Assembly: GCA_051942245.1 (NCBI GenBank)
Contig: JAVECL010000014.1
Location: 1 to 64,000, forward strand
Direction of reading: 5' to 3'
Origin: Trypethelium eluteriae
Lineage: Eukaryota
DNA: 64,000 nucleotides
Position numbers and translations under genes: made by a program. This document shows positions 52,135 through 63,883 of the stretch, piece by piece; positions within the stretch are counted from its first letter, which is position 1, and every line of letters begins with the position of its first letter. The notes beneath the pieces were generated by a model, which worked only from the letters and a program-made list of their open reading frames with translations, did no database searches and was not told where the DNA came from.

Positions 52135-52144
52135 ATGGCGTGAT
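52135..52144 (-). promoter_or_regulatory. CYS3/MetR-like bZIP site ATCACGCCAT upstream of sfnG
   Basis: The + strand reads ATGGCGTGAT, about 570 bp upstream of the ATG. It resembles the Neurospora CYS3 consensus ATGRYRYCAT. Confidence 0.55.
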
Positions 52145-52802
52145 CAAAAGCCTAACATCGAGCTGCTAGACGTTTAAGGGATAGCGTCGTCTTAATTGTC
52201 AATCACTTTGGCCTTGATCGTCCAGTAAATCACCAAATGCCTATCTAAGTCAGGTTGTGCGTTCGTCGAAGAGTTGCGGAGGGCTGGAGCTTACCAGGAT
52301 ATTTTTGTCATCTTGCATCGGGCGGGCCAAGAATAAACAGACTGACTGTAAAATTACGTGCTCTTAAAGAGCAGGCGTATTGAAACTTATTTCAGACAAT
52401 GAACCAAGCAATCGTAGATCTCCACAAGAAGTGACAGCAAGAAACGTCGATAGGGCTCCCTGTGAAGGGAAGATACGATGGCTGAAATATTCGCCTATAA
52501 CAGACTATGGCTTCAGGTTCGACTGAGGCCTCTCTATTTGCAAAGAGAACAAATAGGAAATTAGGTAGCTCTGCCAATAATTTTCGCCAGGCATCTTATC
52601 AAGTTCGCCGCTGCGATTTTCAGCCCTTTTGGCGAGAGGCCCCTGGCTTTGCGGAAGTCAAAGTATTGGCCACCTGGTATCACGAAGTATCAGTAGGATT
52701 GGTATTTCTGTATTTCATATCCACGAGCCCCCCATTGCCCTGACACTGCCGATATGAACATCAAAGAATAGGCAAGGTGTAGCGATCAGCACGATTTCTT
52801 GC

Positions 52803-54217
52803 TCAGATCGTAATAGTTGCACGTTCAATAGAGGTATCCGACGGAACAACAACGCGCTTCCCTGAGATCGTTCCCTTTCGCAGCAGATCTAGCGCCTCAT
52901 TGATTCCATTCAAGCCTCCCATGGCAGTCTCGACTTCCGGGGGCAGTAATTTTCTTGCCACTAAGAGCTTCTCGAGCAAGACCATCAGACATTCGCCAAC
53001 CTGAGGAACATCATGAAATGTTTTGATTGGTACTTTGTGAAGGACCACATTGTCAGTCGGAACTTTTGGGACGCCAGTAAGTCCCGCGAGATGCGATTTT
53101 CGACCGTCCTCGGCTGTTGTTGATAGACATTCCTGTAACCGTGTTGCAGTGTCTTTGCCAACGGTATCGAGTCCAAATCTAAGGGAGCCTTTGGTGACCC
53201 CTCGTATGATAGCTACAGCACGGTCGGTATCGTGACGATCGACTAGAAGATCCGCTCCAGCTTGAAGGAGCTTATCCCCGTGGCGAGCGACGTCGGCTAC
53301 GCCAATCACGCGTAAACCACAAAGTTTCGCCAATTGTAGGGCAATCATTCCTGTAGCAGATGAAGCCCCCCAAATGGCAATCCAGTCTCCAGCTTTAACT
53401 CGATCGAGTTCTTCGATTCCATTGAGACACTCGTCCCGAACATCTGTAGCTAGAGCATTCGGATCGACTTCCCGGAGAAGATGAAGTAGATTCGGAGCGC
53501 GAAAATAGCTACCGATAGTCGAAAAATCCAGTCCAAAGCAGATACCGAGAGTAATAGCAGCAGTAACGTAGGCAACGCCCATAACCGCACTGCTTTGAAT
53601 CGGCATATCTCTCGGGACTCGAGCCGCATTATGCTCAGGACTTATGGAAAATTCTTGAAAAGCCGCTTTGCGAATATCACGATAGTCTGTAGACGGGCTA
53701 AGGACCTGGGTTAATGTTAGGTACTTATACAATAGAAAAGTCAGAGTGGGAGTATGTACAACATCGCCAACTCGTATCCTACGCAAGCGCTTATGCGCCT
53801 TCACGACAACGCCAGCCATGTCTCGACCATTGATCCAGGGTAATGATGGCAGTCCGAAATTGAAGTCCCTTGACACCAATATTAGTCAGTGATAATGATC
53901 GACCGTGCTCAAGACTCACGGTCCCTTCCAGTCGATAGGATTCAGCCCGATAGCTATGACCTAAATTCAGCTAGCAACATTGTAATTCCAGCTGCATACA
54001 CACGTACTTTGACTAGTATTTCGGATGGAGAATTCAGAGAAGGTATCTCTTGCTGTGAGGTCAACCTATATTGTTGTCCAGGTCCATGAATGAGCAGGAC
54101 ATCTTGTCCTGGCGACCCAGGCCGGGTAGGTTCATGCCCCTCGAGCTCGCGCTTTGTAAATTTTGGGGCCATGCTCTCCATGACCAAACGACTTTCTTCC
54201 TCAGTCAAGATGTCCAT
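52803..54217 (-). CDS. Medium-chain dehydrogenase/reductase, non-zinc enoyl/quinone-reductase-like
   Basis: Spliced VIAIGLNPIDWKGP; GRDMAG (lacks the GHE zinc ligand); IWGASSATG Rossmann motif; ISGKRVVV. Three introns. Confidence 0.88.
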
Positions 54218-54537
54218 GGCTAAATGAGAGGAACGTGCAGCTAGGATCCAGCTGCTTGGACAACTCTAATGACAATTATGATGAACAAGAGGAATGAGAA
54301 TAACATCATCAAGTCTCTTTAGAGCTTTGGCGCTTTGCTCGATGATGACGAAGGCGGCTCGAATACTGTATCGAAAATATGGACGTTATCGCTGTATGTT
54401 ACCGATAATGGTAAAATTATCAGAAATATACAACAGCCATCTTTGTAGGTCATTAGACCTGCGCGGGGGGAGCTTATAATCCTCTGCCTTCATTCGCCAA
54501 AATCCCGACGATCGTGACACTGGCGACAGTTTGGTTG

Positions 54538-54547
54538 ATTGCGTGAT
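54538..54547 (-). promoter_or_regulatory. CYS3/MetR-like site ATCACGCAAT upstream of the MDR reductase
   Basis: The + strand reads ATTGCGTGAT, about 320 bp upstream of ATG 54217. Confidence 0.5.
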
Positions 54548-56524
54548 GAGGGGCTCTCAGGCCGCGACATTTAAGCGCGATTGACCGAGTTTAGCACCCC
54601 AAGAACTCAATATACCACAGAATCGAACGTCCATAGCTTCGATGAGGTGCTATCGAAAAGGGATGCTGTCAGAGCCGTGGGTTTGGTGCAGGCCTAAAGT
54701 ATACCACTGATGCAGGTCGATGTGAGCCTCAACGACGATGATAGTAGACGAGGCACCGCGGAAAGACCAGGTCAATTGCTTGTACAACCTAGAGATCCTA
54801 CGCTGAACAGATCTGCTCTCGGAGAAGTGGCCATATCCTGGGCTCTACAGTCCGTGCTTCTTGTCCGCTTCGTCTCATTCCTCCCGGACCAGAGCCAAAA
54901 CATCTTCGCACTCTGTCGACGAGGGAGAGTAATATTACCCAGAAAATGCCAAGAAAGAATAGAGCGTTACAGTCTTTTGCTTGAGGACTTTGGATGAGAC
55001 AGAATTAGTTCTCGTACCAGGGACCATCAAGTAACAGGTCAGAAATCCAGTGAGTAGCCGAAAGTCATTCGAGAATGCGGAAGCAACTGCGAACTATAGA
55101 AGGCTCTCGCGATTGGGGCTCTTGCGATGACCCTGACGACCTCGTCCCTATCACTCACGGAACAGTGCAACTCGACCACTACCGATATCTTTATTGGAAA
55201 CATTTTCTTCGTTGCAGGGAAAGTTGTGGTGATATCGACACGATGGGAAACGATTTTTGGAACCACTCTGCAAATACAGTCCTATCAGCATTCAGTCTCT
55301 TCTAAGCAGAATTCGGGGCCATCCTCACTTGAAACATTCGGTGTGGAAGAGAGTCATGGATCCGATCTCGTATCGTACAGTAACAGCCCCGGCTTTTGGG
55401 TTTTCAGTGGTTCTTTTTTTCGAGAGCCTCTAGAGCCTTGTTCCGATCTCATTCTTGTGTTGACATTAAATGTCTCCGACTCGGTTCGCAGTGTGGGTAG
55501 CTTGGGATGCTCTCTTTCTCATAGGATTCACGTCTCCGTACGTCAAAGGGCATCACCAATCGAAAGACCTATACGATGTTGAGCAAGTTAGTAACCTTAT
55601 TTACAGTGGGGTATTCTTTACGGTGAAAATGGTCTTTACATTAGTGGCTGCATCCTATTTAGCATCTGCAGACGGAATCGATAACACTTCAACTGGGATC
55701 AAAGAGGCAGCAGACGCCATTGCTTTCGTGATGGGGATGCTGGGGTATCATAGGGTCGGCAACTTGATGTCTCAAGACGTACTAAGGCTTGGATTGCCAA
55801 TAGGAGATACCGGTCATTTTTTGAGAGGACGAAGTAAGCAATACTTCAAACAAGTAGGAGAGACTGTAACACTGGTTAAGCTCTGGAGTAGATAGCAGCG
55901 ATCTCGCGTTTGTCATGTTGTCCGGGCAACTGTCTATCAACAAATCGATGCCTAGCTGGGAGTGTAATAAGAAATGTATGCTCTTCCGCAATTATTTAAG
56001 GCGACTAGTATTTTGACCTCTTCATATTTCCACGAATTTCGGGCGTCTCTTGGAAGATCCTTTCACGCTGTCGAGGAGAACAGGCCGTTATGACGTTGAG
56101 AGAGAATTGGTCAGAAATGTCCCAAATATCCCTTTTAAACTCTGTTTAATCCGAAAAGTCATCAGCAAAATATTGAGCCTTATAAATCCACCCAAGTTTT
56201 CTTGTTACCACCCATGGTATGTTTTCAGCCGTTCTCTTATCTACTCGCTGCCTCTCCTGTTCGACTGCATTCAGTAGATCCAACTCAGATGAAGCTCGAA
56301 GGACGCTCGCGAAGCTTTTTCTTTTCGGTAAGGGCGGCATGAATCACGCGAGAGCCGTACAATGGTGTTGGTCTCGTAGCCAACGAGCAGACTGCTGTGA
56401 CAAGTACCTTGGTTGTATTTGGGTTGTCCCATACACATGGGCTCTCTCAGAATGCACCTAAAGATGGTGCGCTGATCTTCGTCTCATAAGAAGCCTGGAG
56501 AGCCACTCAGTATCGAGCGATACT

Positions 56525-56576
56525 CCGCATCACGCAATCTTGCTCATCCAGATCAACGCCGACCGCATCACGCCAT
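56525..56576 (+). promoter_or_regulatory. Paired CYS3/MetR-like sites (ATCACGCAAT 56529-56538; ATCACGCCAT 56567-56576)
   Basis: Direct repeat CCGCATCACGC(A/C)AT, 160-200 bp upstream of ATG 56733, with a third weaker copy ATCGCGCCTT at 56585. Confidence 0.6.
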
Positions 56577-56732
56577 TCGATGTGATCGCGCCTTTTGACG
56601 GCGCGCAATTCTGTTTATTAAGACTGTGACCTTGATTCACAGCTGCAAAGCGTCCAAATTTGGGGCTAGGTAATTTCTTGAACGTCCTGTGGTTCTTTCG
56701 GTTTTTGCATTGAAACGATCAAGTTGAACAAG

Positions 56733-58463
56733 ATGTCTCCAAGCGCAATCGACACATCTCTCCAGGCCACAGATCCAGCTGTATATGATGATCACTTCAA
56801 GGTATTTGCGAGCTCAGTACTGCCGCAGACTGAAGAGGAATGGATCTTGCGGGCTTCCAACATTGCTCAAATCCTTGCTGAAGACGTGAGCACCCGTGAT
56901 AGAGAGCAAAAGATCCCTGAAGCTGAAGTTGCACTCCTTAAATCGTCGGGACTTACTAAGATCCTTGGTCCCAAAGCTTTCGGCGGCGGTGGTCAAGCCT
57001 GGAACGTCGGATACAAAGTCATTCGCGAGGTCGCGAAAGGCGACGGTTCACTTGGGATGTTATTAGGATATCATTTGCTTTGGTCCTGGACGGCGCATGT
57101 AGTCGGCACAAATGAGCAACGCGACCGATTCCAGGAATTGATTATCAAGAACAATTACTTCATTGGAGGTGCTGTAAATCCGAGGGACAGTGATCTGAAC
57201 ATCACCAGTGAAAATGAACACGTAGTTTTCAATGGCTTCAAGAATTTCAATACAGGAGGTGTTATATCTGACCTAACAGTTTTGGAAGGGGTATTGGAAG
57301 GATCCGATGCACATATCTTTGCCTTTTGTCCCACTCAGCAAAGTGGCATCCAATTTGCGGTGAGTCCATCTCAAGCGTCACAGACCTCCAAGAATACACC
57401 AAGAAAACACCAAGAAGCACCTTCCCGCCTGTAGTCAAGCATCCAAGTTTGTGCAAATTGGTTTGCTGAGCTCAAGCTCTCGGTGTGGTTTGTAACCTGC
57501 GAGCGGCAACGGAGTTTCAGAGAATTTGCGGCCAAAAGCTCGGAATTCGTACAATCCTTGCAGGTTTGATCTTAAGTGGTGGTCAGACTGAAGAGTCATG
57601 TCAACAGAATAGATAAATGAAAAGTTCGACTGGTCGAGATACGCTAAGATGCTTCTTGATGGATGCCCTGAATCCTGCCCAACTGAATTAAATGCGGCGA
57701 AACGTTGCAGGCTTGCTCTTCTAACGTGTTTTGTAGCATAACTGGAATAACATGGGACTCCGCCTGACAGAATCGGGCAGTGTCAAGATCGATCGAGTAG
57801 CCGTACCTTGGGAAGACGCCTTAGGTTGGGACCCGAAGCTTAAGAAGCCCCTGGCTGAATTTTTGGATACTCCCTGGGCTAGCCTCCTCCTTCCAACGTA
57901 AGTCTCTTTGCCTGTCTGCATCGAAAATCGCTGACGATTGGTTCCACTTCAGCATTCAACTCGTCTTCTCAAATTTCTATATCGGCATTGCTCTGGGTGC
58001 TTTAGATTTCTCTCTCAAATATACGAAAGCAAATACTCGCGCCTGGCCCTTCGGAGGTGATAACAAAGACTCTGCCAGCGATGAATTTTACATCTTGGAG
58101 CGCTACGGTAACTTTTTTGCGCATCTCCGCGCAGCCGAGGCTCTTGCTGATAGAGCTGGCATCGTCATCGCAGACTTGTATAATAACAGGTCAGAGGAAC
58201 GTGACATAACGCCTCAAGAGCGTGGTGAGGCAGCAGAATGGGTAGCTTCCGTCAAGGTCGTCGCGACAGATACAGCCCTGAGGGTAACAGCAGGCGTCTT
58301 TGAAGTTACCGGAGCAAGAGCGACTGCAACCAAGGTGGGCTTGGATAGGTTTTGGCGAGACGTTCGAACGCATAGTCTTCACGATCCTGTGGCTTATAAG
58401 AATAAGGAACTTGGTCGTTTCGCCTTGCTGGGAGAAATTCCAGCTATAACATGGTATACTTAA
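56733..58463 (+). CDS. Acyl-CoA-dehydrogenase-fold flavin monooxygenase, DszC/MsuC/SfnB-like
   Basis: LLKSSGL, FGGGG, DGSLGMLLGYH, GAVNPR, GFKNFNTG, WNNMGLRLTESGSV and GLDRFWRDVRTHSLHDPV. Introns 57360-57736 and about 57898-57952. Confidence 0.9.
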
Positions 58464-59035
58464 AGCTGCTTATCGTTCGGCAAGTTTCCCCTCGGATACT
58501 CGCCATTTATAGTCAGCTCACTTAATAAAGGATTTGGTCATCGTTTTAGTACGGAGTAACACTTACATCGCATGAATATTCTGAAATCTGTCGTCGCCCA
58601 CGAGCAAGTGCTGCGATGTGGAAGGCGATTAAAGGTGCCTTATACTTGCCATCGAAGCTACTTCTTGTCATTACCGTGAGCATAGGAGAACGGCTCGGCT
58701 TGGTATCTTAAGCTGCCACTTGCTGTCTATACAGCAGGTTCGCCGGTAGTCATGCATTTTTGCGATTTCCACTACCTTCCGCCTCCTATGATGCCTTACC
58801 TTTGAAGTATTAGTACACTCGAGTATGTTACAGTACGTTCAAGCTTGGGGTCTAGAATTACCAATAGGTAGAAACAGGAGCAGTTCAAATACCGCTCGGA
58901 CGTGAGACACACTTAGGTTTAGCGCCAACAGGAGCATCCTCAGGACTGCAAGACTCTATCAAGCCAAAAATGGACAATTGATAAAACGTCAACAACTCTT
59001 ATTGCTCGAGGTTATTGCCACATGGTTCTGATGCA

Positions 59036-60067
59036 TCACAACTCTACTACCAACTTTTTGCCACTCACGCCTTTGTCCAACTTATCAAGCGCACCCTGGA
59101 GGCCCCCGAGTCCACCTGCAATTTTTTCGATCTTCTCTGGCGCCAATAGCTTGTCTGCTCGTCCAGTGCCCAAATACTGACCAAGCGAACCATAAAACCA
59201 CTCCCGAAACTCCTCATATTCGGGTCGCTCCATGATACTCGGATAGCTCTCCATACGTCGCTGCACATTTGCGGGCAAATTTGGGGGCCCAAATGGTGGG
59301 ATCGTGGTGTAATATTCACCGCCCGTCTCCGCCAGGACCTGACCGAGAATGGTTGTGACTGTAGGCAACCCAATGGTATCAAAGACAGCGTCATACGGCC
59401 CGGCCGCCTTCAGTTCGGCGACGATAGTCTCAGCCGGTTGCGTGTGGTCAATTACTCTGGCTGGCTGGAGAGAGTTCACGGTCGCCGAGTTGGCTGGGGA
59501 CGAGGTCGTGATGACGGTATAGCCAGCGCTGATGGCAAAGTTAATGGCAAAGCCACCGACGCTGGAAGATCCACCATAGATGAGGACTTTTTTAGCCTTG
59601 TTAGCTGGATTTGGACCGGTGGGGTTCGGGCGGTCCAGCTTCAAGCTGATGCCCAAAGCGACGGCAGCGGTAGCAAGATTGACTATGGTGGCTGCACCGG
59701 CCTCGAAGGTGGTGTTGTCTTCAAGTTTGGAGGTCGTCCGGGAGTCAGCGATAACGTACTTCTGGTATGCGCCAGAGGTTGGTTTCATGCCCATAGCGGA
59801 AGATCGTTCTACCGCAACGCGATCGCCAGGCTTGAAGGCGGTAACAGAGGAGCCGACCTTTTCTACCGTGCCAGCAAATGACAGGCCGAGGATGTTTGGG
59901 TAGGGTATGGGGATGAGGGAGAGCTTTTGGATCTTGGCCTCGATTGGATTTAAACCAATGACGGCATTCTTGACCAAGAGCTCATTCGACTCTGGGACGG
60001 GGAATTCGGCCGTGTCAACCACGAGGTTCGCCTTTTCCTCCTTCATCCAGGCTGCTTGATTAGACAT
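59036..60067 (-). CDS. MDR enoyl-reductase-like oxidoreductase (ToxD/YLR460C-like), intronless
   Basis: GLNPIEAK, YPNILG, VLIYGGSSSVG and GVSGKKLVV. Confidence 0.88.
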   Translation of the reverse strand: MSNQAAWMKEEKANLVVDTAEFPVPESNELLVKNAVIGLNPIEAKIQKLSLIPIPYPNILGLSFAGTVEKVGSSVTAFKPGDRVAVERSSAMGMKPTSGAYQKYVIADSRTTSKLEDNTTFEAGAATIVNLATAAVALGISLKLDRPNPTGPNPANKAKKVLIYGGSSSVGGFAINFAISAGYTVITTSSPANSATVNSLQPARVIDHTQPAETIVAELKAAGPYDAVFDTIGLPTVTTILGQVLAETGGEYYTTIPPFGPPNLPANVQRRMESYPSIMERPEYEEFREWFYGSLGQYLGTGRADKLLAPEKIEKIAGGLGGLQGALDKLDKGVSGKKLVVEL

Positions 60068-62908
60068 GATGGAAGACTTGAGTAGAGAAGCTTGGAGTAT
60101 AGATTTTCTTCCCCCTGGTGTGGATGAGGCAATGCTTTATTGCTTGAGTATATGGCTGTCAAAGATGAGAAGATTTGCAAGGTATTGTGCCAGACGGATA
60201 TTGGGATTCATCGGCGACGAGCAAGGCTTTATATACCAACTTTAACTCCGCCCGGACCTTGCTTGTCGTACCAAAGCCTTCTATCTCCTGGATCCAAATC
60301 CGAGGTCCAATGGGTCACGATGGAAGTGACGAAGGTACTTGCCACTTGCAGGCAGCATGATCGTACGTCCACGATTTCGTCATCGTTCAGTCGCATTTCT
60401 TCCTTAACAAAGCTACCGAGATGACCAAAAATCGCATCGTACTCGCAAACATAGGTGTAGTGATCGGTGGTTGAATGTACTGACCAATTGTTTTGACGCT
60501 AGATAAGCAGAGCAAGCTGACAAAAAGGCATCGGCGCTCGGAACTGTTGGAGCTCCGCGCTGTTGGCGCAAACCTCGGGCATGATATTCTTGGAGGCGCC
60601 CGATTCCTACGGGCCCGAAAACTCAAAAAGTCTCCCGCCTACCTTACCTAAGGTCGTCGGGATGGAATCTGTCAGATAACGTGACGTAGCAATAGGTCTT
60701 GGAGGCGTTCGTCTTTGTAACAGAATGAATCATTGACTCCAGATATGCATTTGCTGTAGCAGGTACGACCGTATTGCATATCTTTTTTAACTCTCAGTGG
60801 ACCAGGGGGGTGCCTCATCGGATGAGACTGTCGTACCTCCACGCTCTGATTTAACAATATAAGAAAACAGACTTTATATTCAGCAAATAGAGGTACCATT
60901 TAATTTGATAGCTTCTATCCTACTTGACCTTGATTTTGGAGATTGAGAGTCGCGCAACAAAGGAACCTTCAAGCTCTATTTTACGCGCGCGGTTTTTTCC
61001 ATTCTCAACCGCGTGCCGACGAACTAGAGTAACAGCCCAACATTCATAACGGGGTCTCGCATCGCAGTTTCGGGATATATATTACAAAGTAGCATGGTTT
61101 CAACTGCACATCTGCGTCTCAAAGTGCTCAGGAGATGGAAAGCAGACGATGACTGATCTTACTGTCACCCAAAGGCAAGTACTTCAGCAAAGAGGTCTGG
61201 GCCTTCGCAACCTTAGCAAAGAACACTTCATCCTCAGCATCCGAACGAATCTGGATGGTGAGATTGGTGGAATGAAAACTGCTTCGGAGAAACTCCCTTT
61301 GTATTCCTACTTCTGGTGGGTGTTTGTGCTTTGACCTTACAGTAGAGTAGAGTACGGTAGGACACTAAAATCAAAGTAGGGTATCCGTAATCTAGGTAAG
61401 TATCGCAAGCGTATCGAAGAACTCCGCCAAATCACGCTAGCGTCTATTGCATTGTAAAATTTCCAGACCATAGATGCCAGCCCGCAGAGTTCAGCACTGT
61501 CGAATGTGATAGACCTGCAAGAACAGAAATTTTTTGTTTAGTCAGGACCACATAGTCAGAGCCACATACAAAAAGTATCCGTACGCAAAAGCCGCAGCAC
61601 TACTTTACTCTTGACTAGAAAAGTGTCTCCTAGTGAGGCATTGTGACATTCGGTCAGTGAATATGTCCACCAATCATTTGTATGGGAGCTACCCTTAAAC
61701 TGTATTATAAGCTGTATTGGAGACGGTCCTTATTACTGGTGACTGAGCAAAATCATAGAGTAGGCATGTAGCCGCGAGACTATCGTAAGAGCCATGTGTG
61801 AAGCTTTGACCTCTTGACCTGTTTTAAAATGCGTTTTATCATAATGCAGTGGCGTAAACACGGCAGAGTAGTGCCTCATTCATTTATCTCGAGCGGGGCA
61901 GGCCAGGTCTTGCATTTTCTATCTAGACAGCCCATGAATTTGACTATTCGACAGAATTTGCAGCAGATCCCAAATACTGTCCTCCTATGGCGAAGCAAAA
62001 AGATCTTCAGCCATTAATCCCGGAATCTTTTGGTATTACTTTAGACCTTGGATAACCTACCATATATATACATACGTTCAACATTTCCCAGTGCCGGCCT
62101 AATGCCCACCTCAGCTCCTCGATGCGTCAAAGCTTGACAAACATGATAATTATACTTTAGCCCTCTGAAGCTATACTGTGTCGCTCCGAGGCAGATGCTT
62201 TGACGCATAGTTCTCAACATCTTCCCCACCCCCACTTTGTTAAAATTAGCCGGATTCGTTTCGAAATAGTGCGAATTTCACGTCCGATCCGGCGAAGAGG
62301 ATTGCCCCCCGCGTCTGATATACCTAGCTTCAGATTAGCTTGATATCCGTCATAAATAGACGACTAAGTGATTCGGACCAGACCGAGGTAACTTCGTGAT
62401 TCTTGAAGCCCCTATTTCATGAACACGTTCAGCTGTAGTCAGGTGGGCCGTTTTCATGTTGGCTTTTGCGGGGTGTCTAAGCCGTATTTTAGAAGTGGGT
62501 AAAGAATGCTTCTATTTGTTGGATAGGGACAGGGCCCACTATTTTAGCTGCTTCATTGGGGTGAGGTAAATCTACCTTGAACACAATGCATTGACCTCCT
62601 TGAGAGGAGTTGTCCAAAGATTGAGCCTCGGGTCGAGGTAATTCTCTTAACATTGTAGCCAGAAAGCTCTCGTGGGATGAGGAGAAGGAGCAAAGCTTCA
62701 TCGAGCGGTCTATACGTGGCTTTGTTGGAGCGAGAATTGACATAGAGCAAGGGAGGTCCGCATAATCCAGAATGTCCTCAATCTATAAAACGAGGCTTGA
62801 CATCTCACTACCACTTGCAAGACATCCTGGACTTGAGCGTTAACCCAAGATAACGTTGAAAGCACCAGCCAAGTCTCAAATCTTGATTTCCCGGCAATAC
62901 TTTCTACG

Positions 62909-63883
62909 ATGGCGGTTCTAAGGGCTATGCTCGCAGCCACTGTGTTATTTCTCGCTGGCATTGCCCATGCGCAAACGTGCGAGGTTCAATCTTGTAAGAT
63001 CGCTCAGATCTCGGGATCAACGGGGACTCCATATACTGGAGGTCTGGCAAACTTCCCCACTGGAGGCACCGCAAGCGGTGACGCATGTATTGCATCTTAC
63101 GCCTTCGAAGGCGCTTATACCGGTCCTTTTCCTCCGTCTCTTCGATTTGCAAGAAGGTCTGGGAAGGGATGGCAAGGCGCTGAGCTGATGCGTCGTACGA
63201 CCAATGAGGCGAAGCTGGCAAATCCCCCTTCTCTTGAGCAACGCCAGACCGGATGCGCACCGTATACTCTCATATTCTCCCGAGGCACCTCTGAAATCGG
63301 GACATTGGGCGAGACTGTTGGACCAGCGTTACAGGCCGGACTCAACTTGGCCGCACCGGGCAAATGGAATATTCAGGGGGTTCCCTACCAGGCGACCGTT
63401 GATGGCGATGATTGCCTGGGTCTTCCAGGAGGAGTGATAGCGACGAACCAAATCGAATCTGTAGCATCGGAATGCCCCAACACAAAGGTGCGCGAAAGGC
63501 AACCAAGCTGAAACCTGAAATTATTTTGACGGTGACTACAGATCGTCGTTTCGGGCTACAGTGAAGGTGCGATGGTCTCTCACAATGGCGTAGGAAATGC
63601 AAATGCTTCTGCCAAATCTAAAATTGCAGTAAGTAGAAAAGCCGGCAGATCAGACTTTCTTCTGAGGGCCAACACACTAACAAAAATGTCTTAGGCCGTC
63701 GTCGTATTTGGCGACCCATTCAACGGCGCTCAAATTAAGGGCTACTCCGGACCTATCAGGACGTATTGTGCCACTGGGGATGATGTCTGCGAAGGAGAGT
63801 TCGTGATAACTGCTGCACACCTCTCATACGTTGGCGTGGACACCACAGAAGCGGTTGCATACATTCAAAGTGTTGTGGGTTAG
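62909..63883 (+). CDS. Cutinase (CE5) with an N-terminal extension
   Basis: Signal peptide; C..TLIFSRGTSE; ECPNTK|IVVSGYSEG; VFGDP; CATGDDVC; HLSY. Introns 63488-63541 and 63629-63694. Confidence 0.92.

Noticed and set aside
55470..55895. Hydrophobic 141-aa ORF inside the sulfur cluster, considered as a transporter or flavin reductase
   Set aside because: No recognisable motifs and too short. It is left unassigned.
57360..57736. TPP riboswitch in the long intron
   Set aside because: It lacks the conserved CUGAGA..ACCUGA..UAAU..CG core, and the gene is not thiamine-related.
59036..60133. Second MDR gene as a fourth member of the sulfur cluster
   Set aside because: Only a weak motif variant (ATGAGGCAAT at 60124), lying downstream of the likely TATA box, and a common enoyl-reductase subfamily. 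Membership is unsupported.
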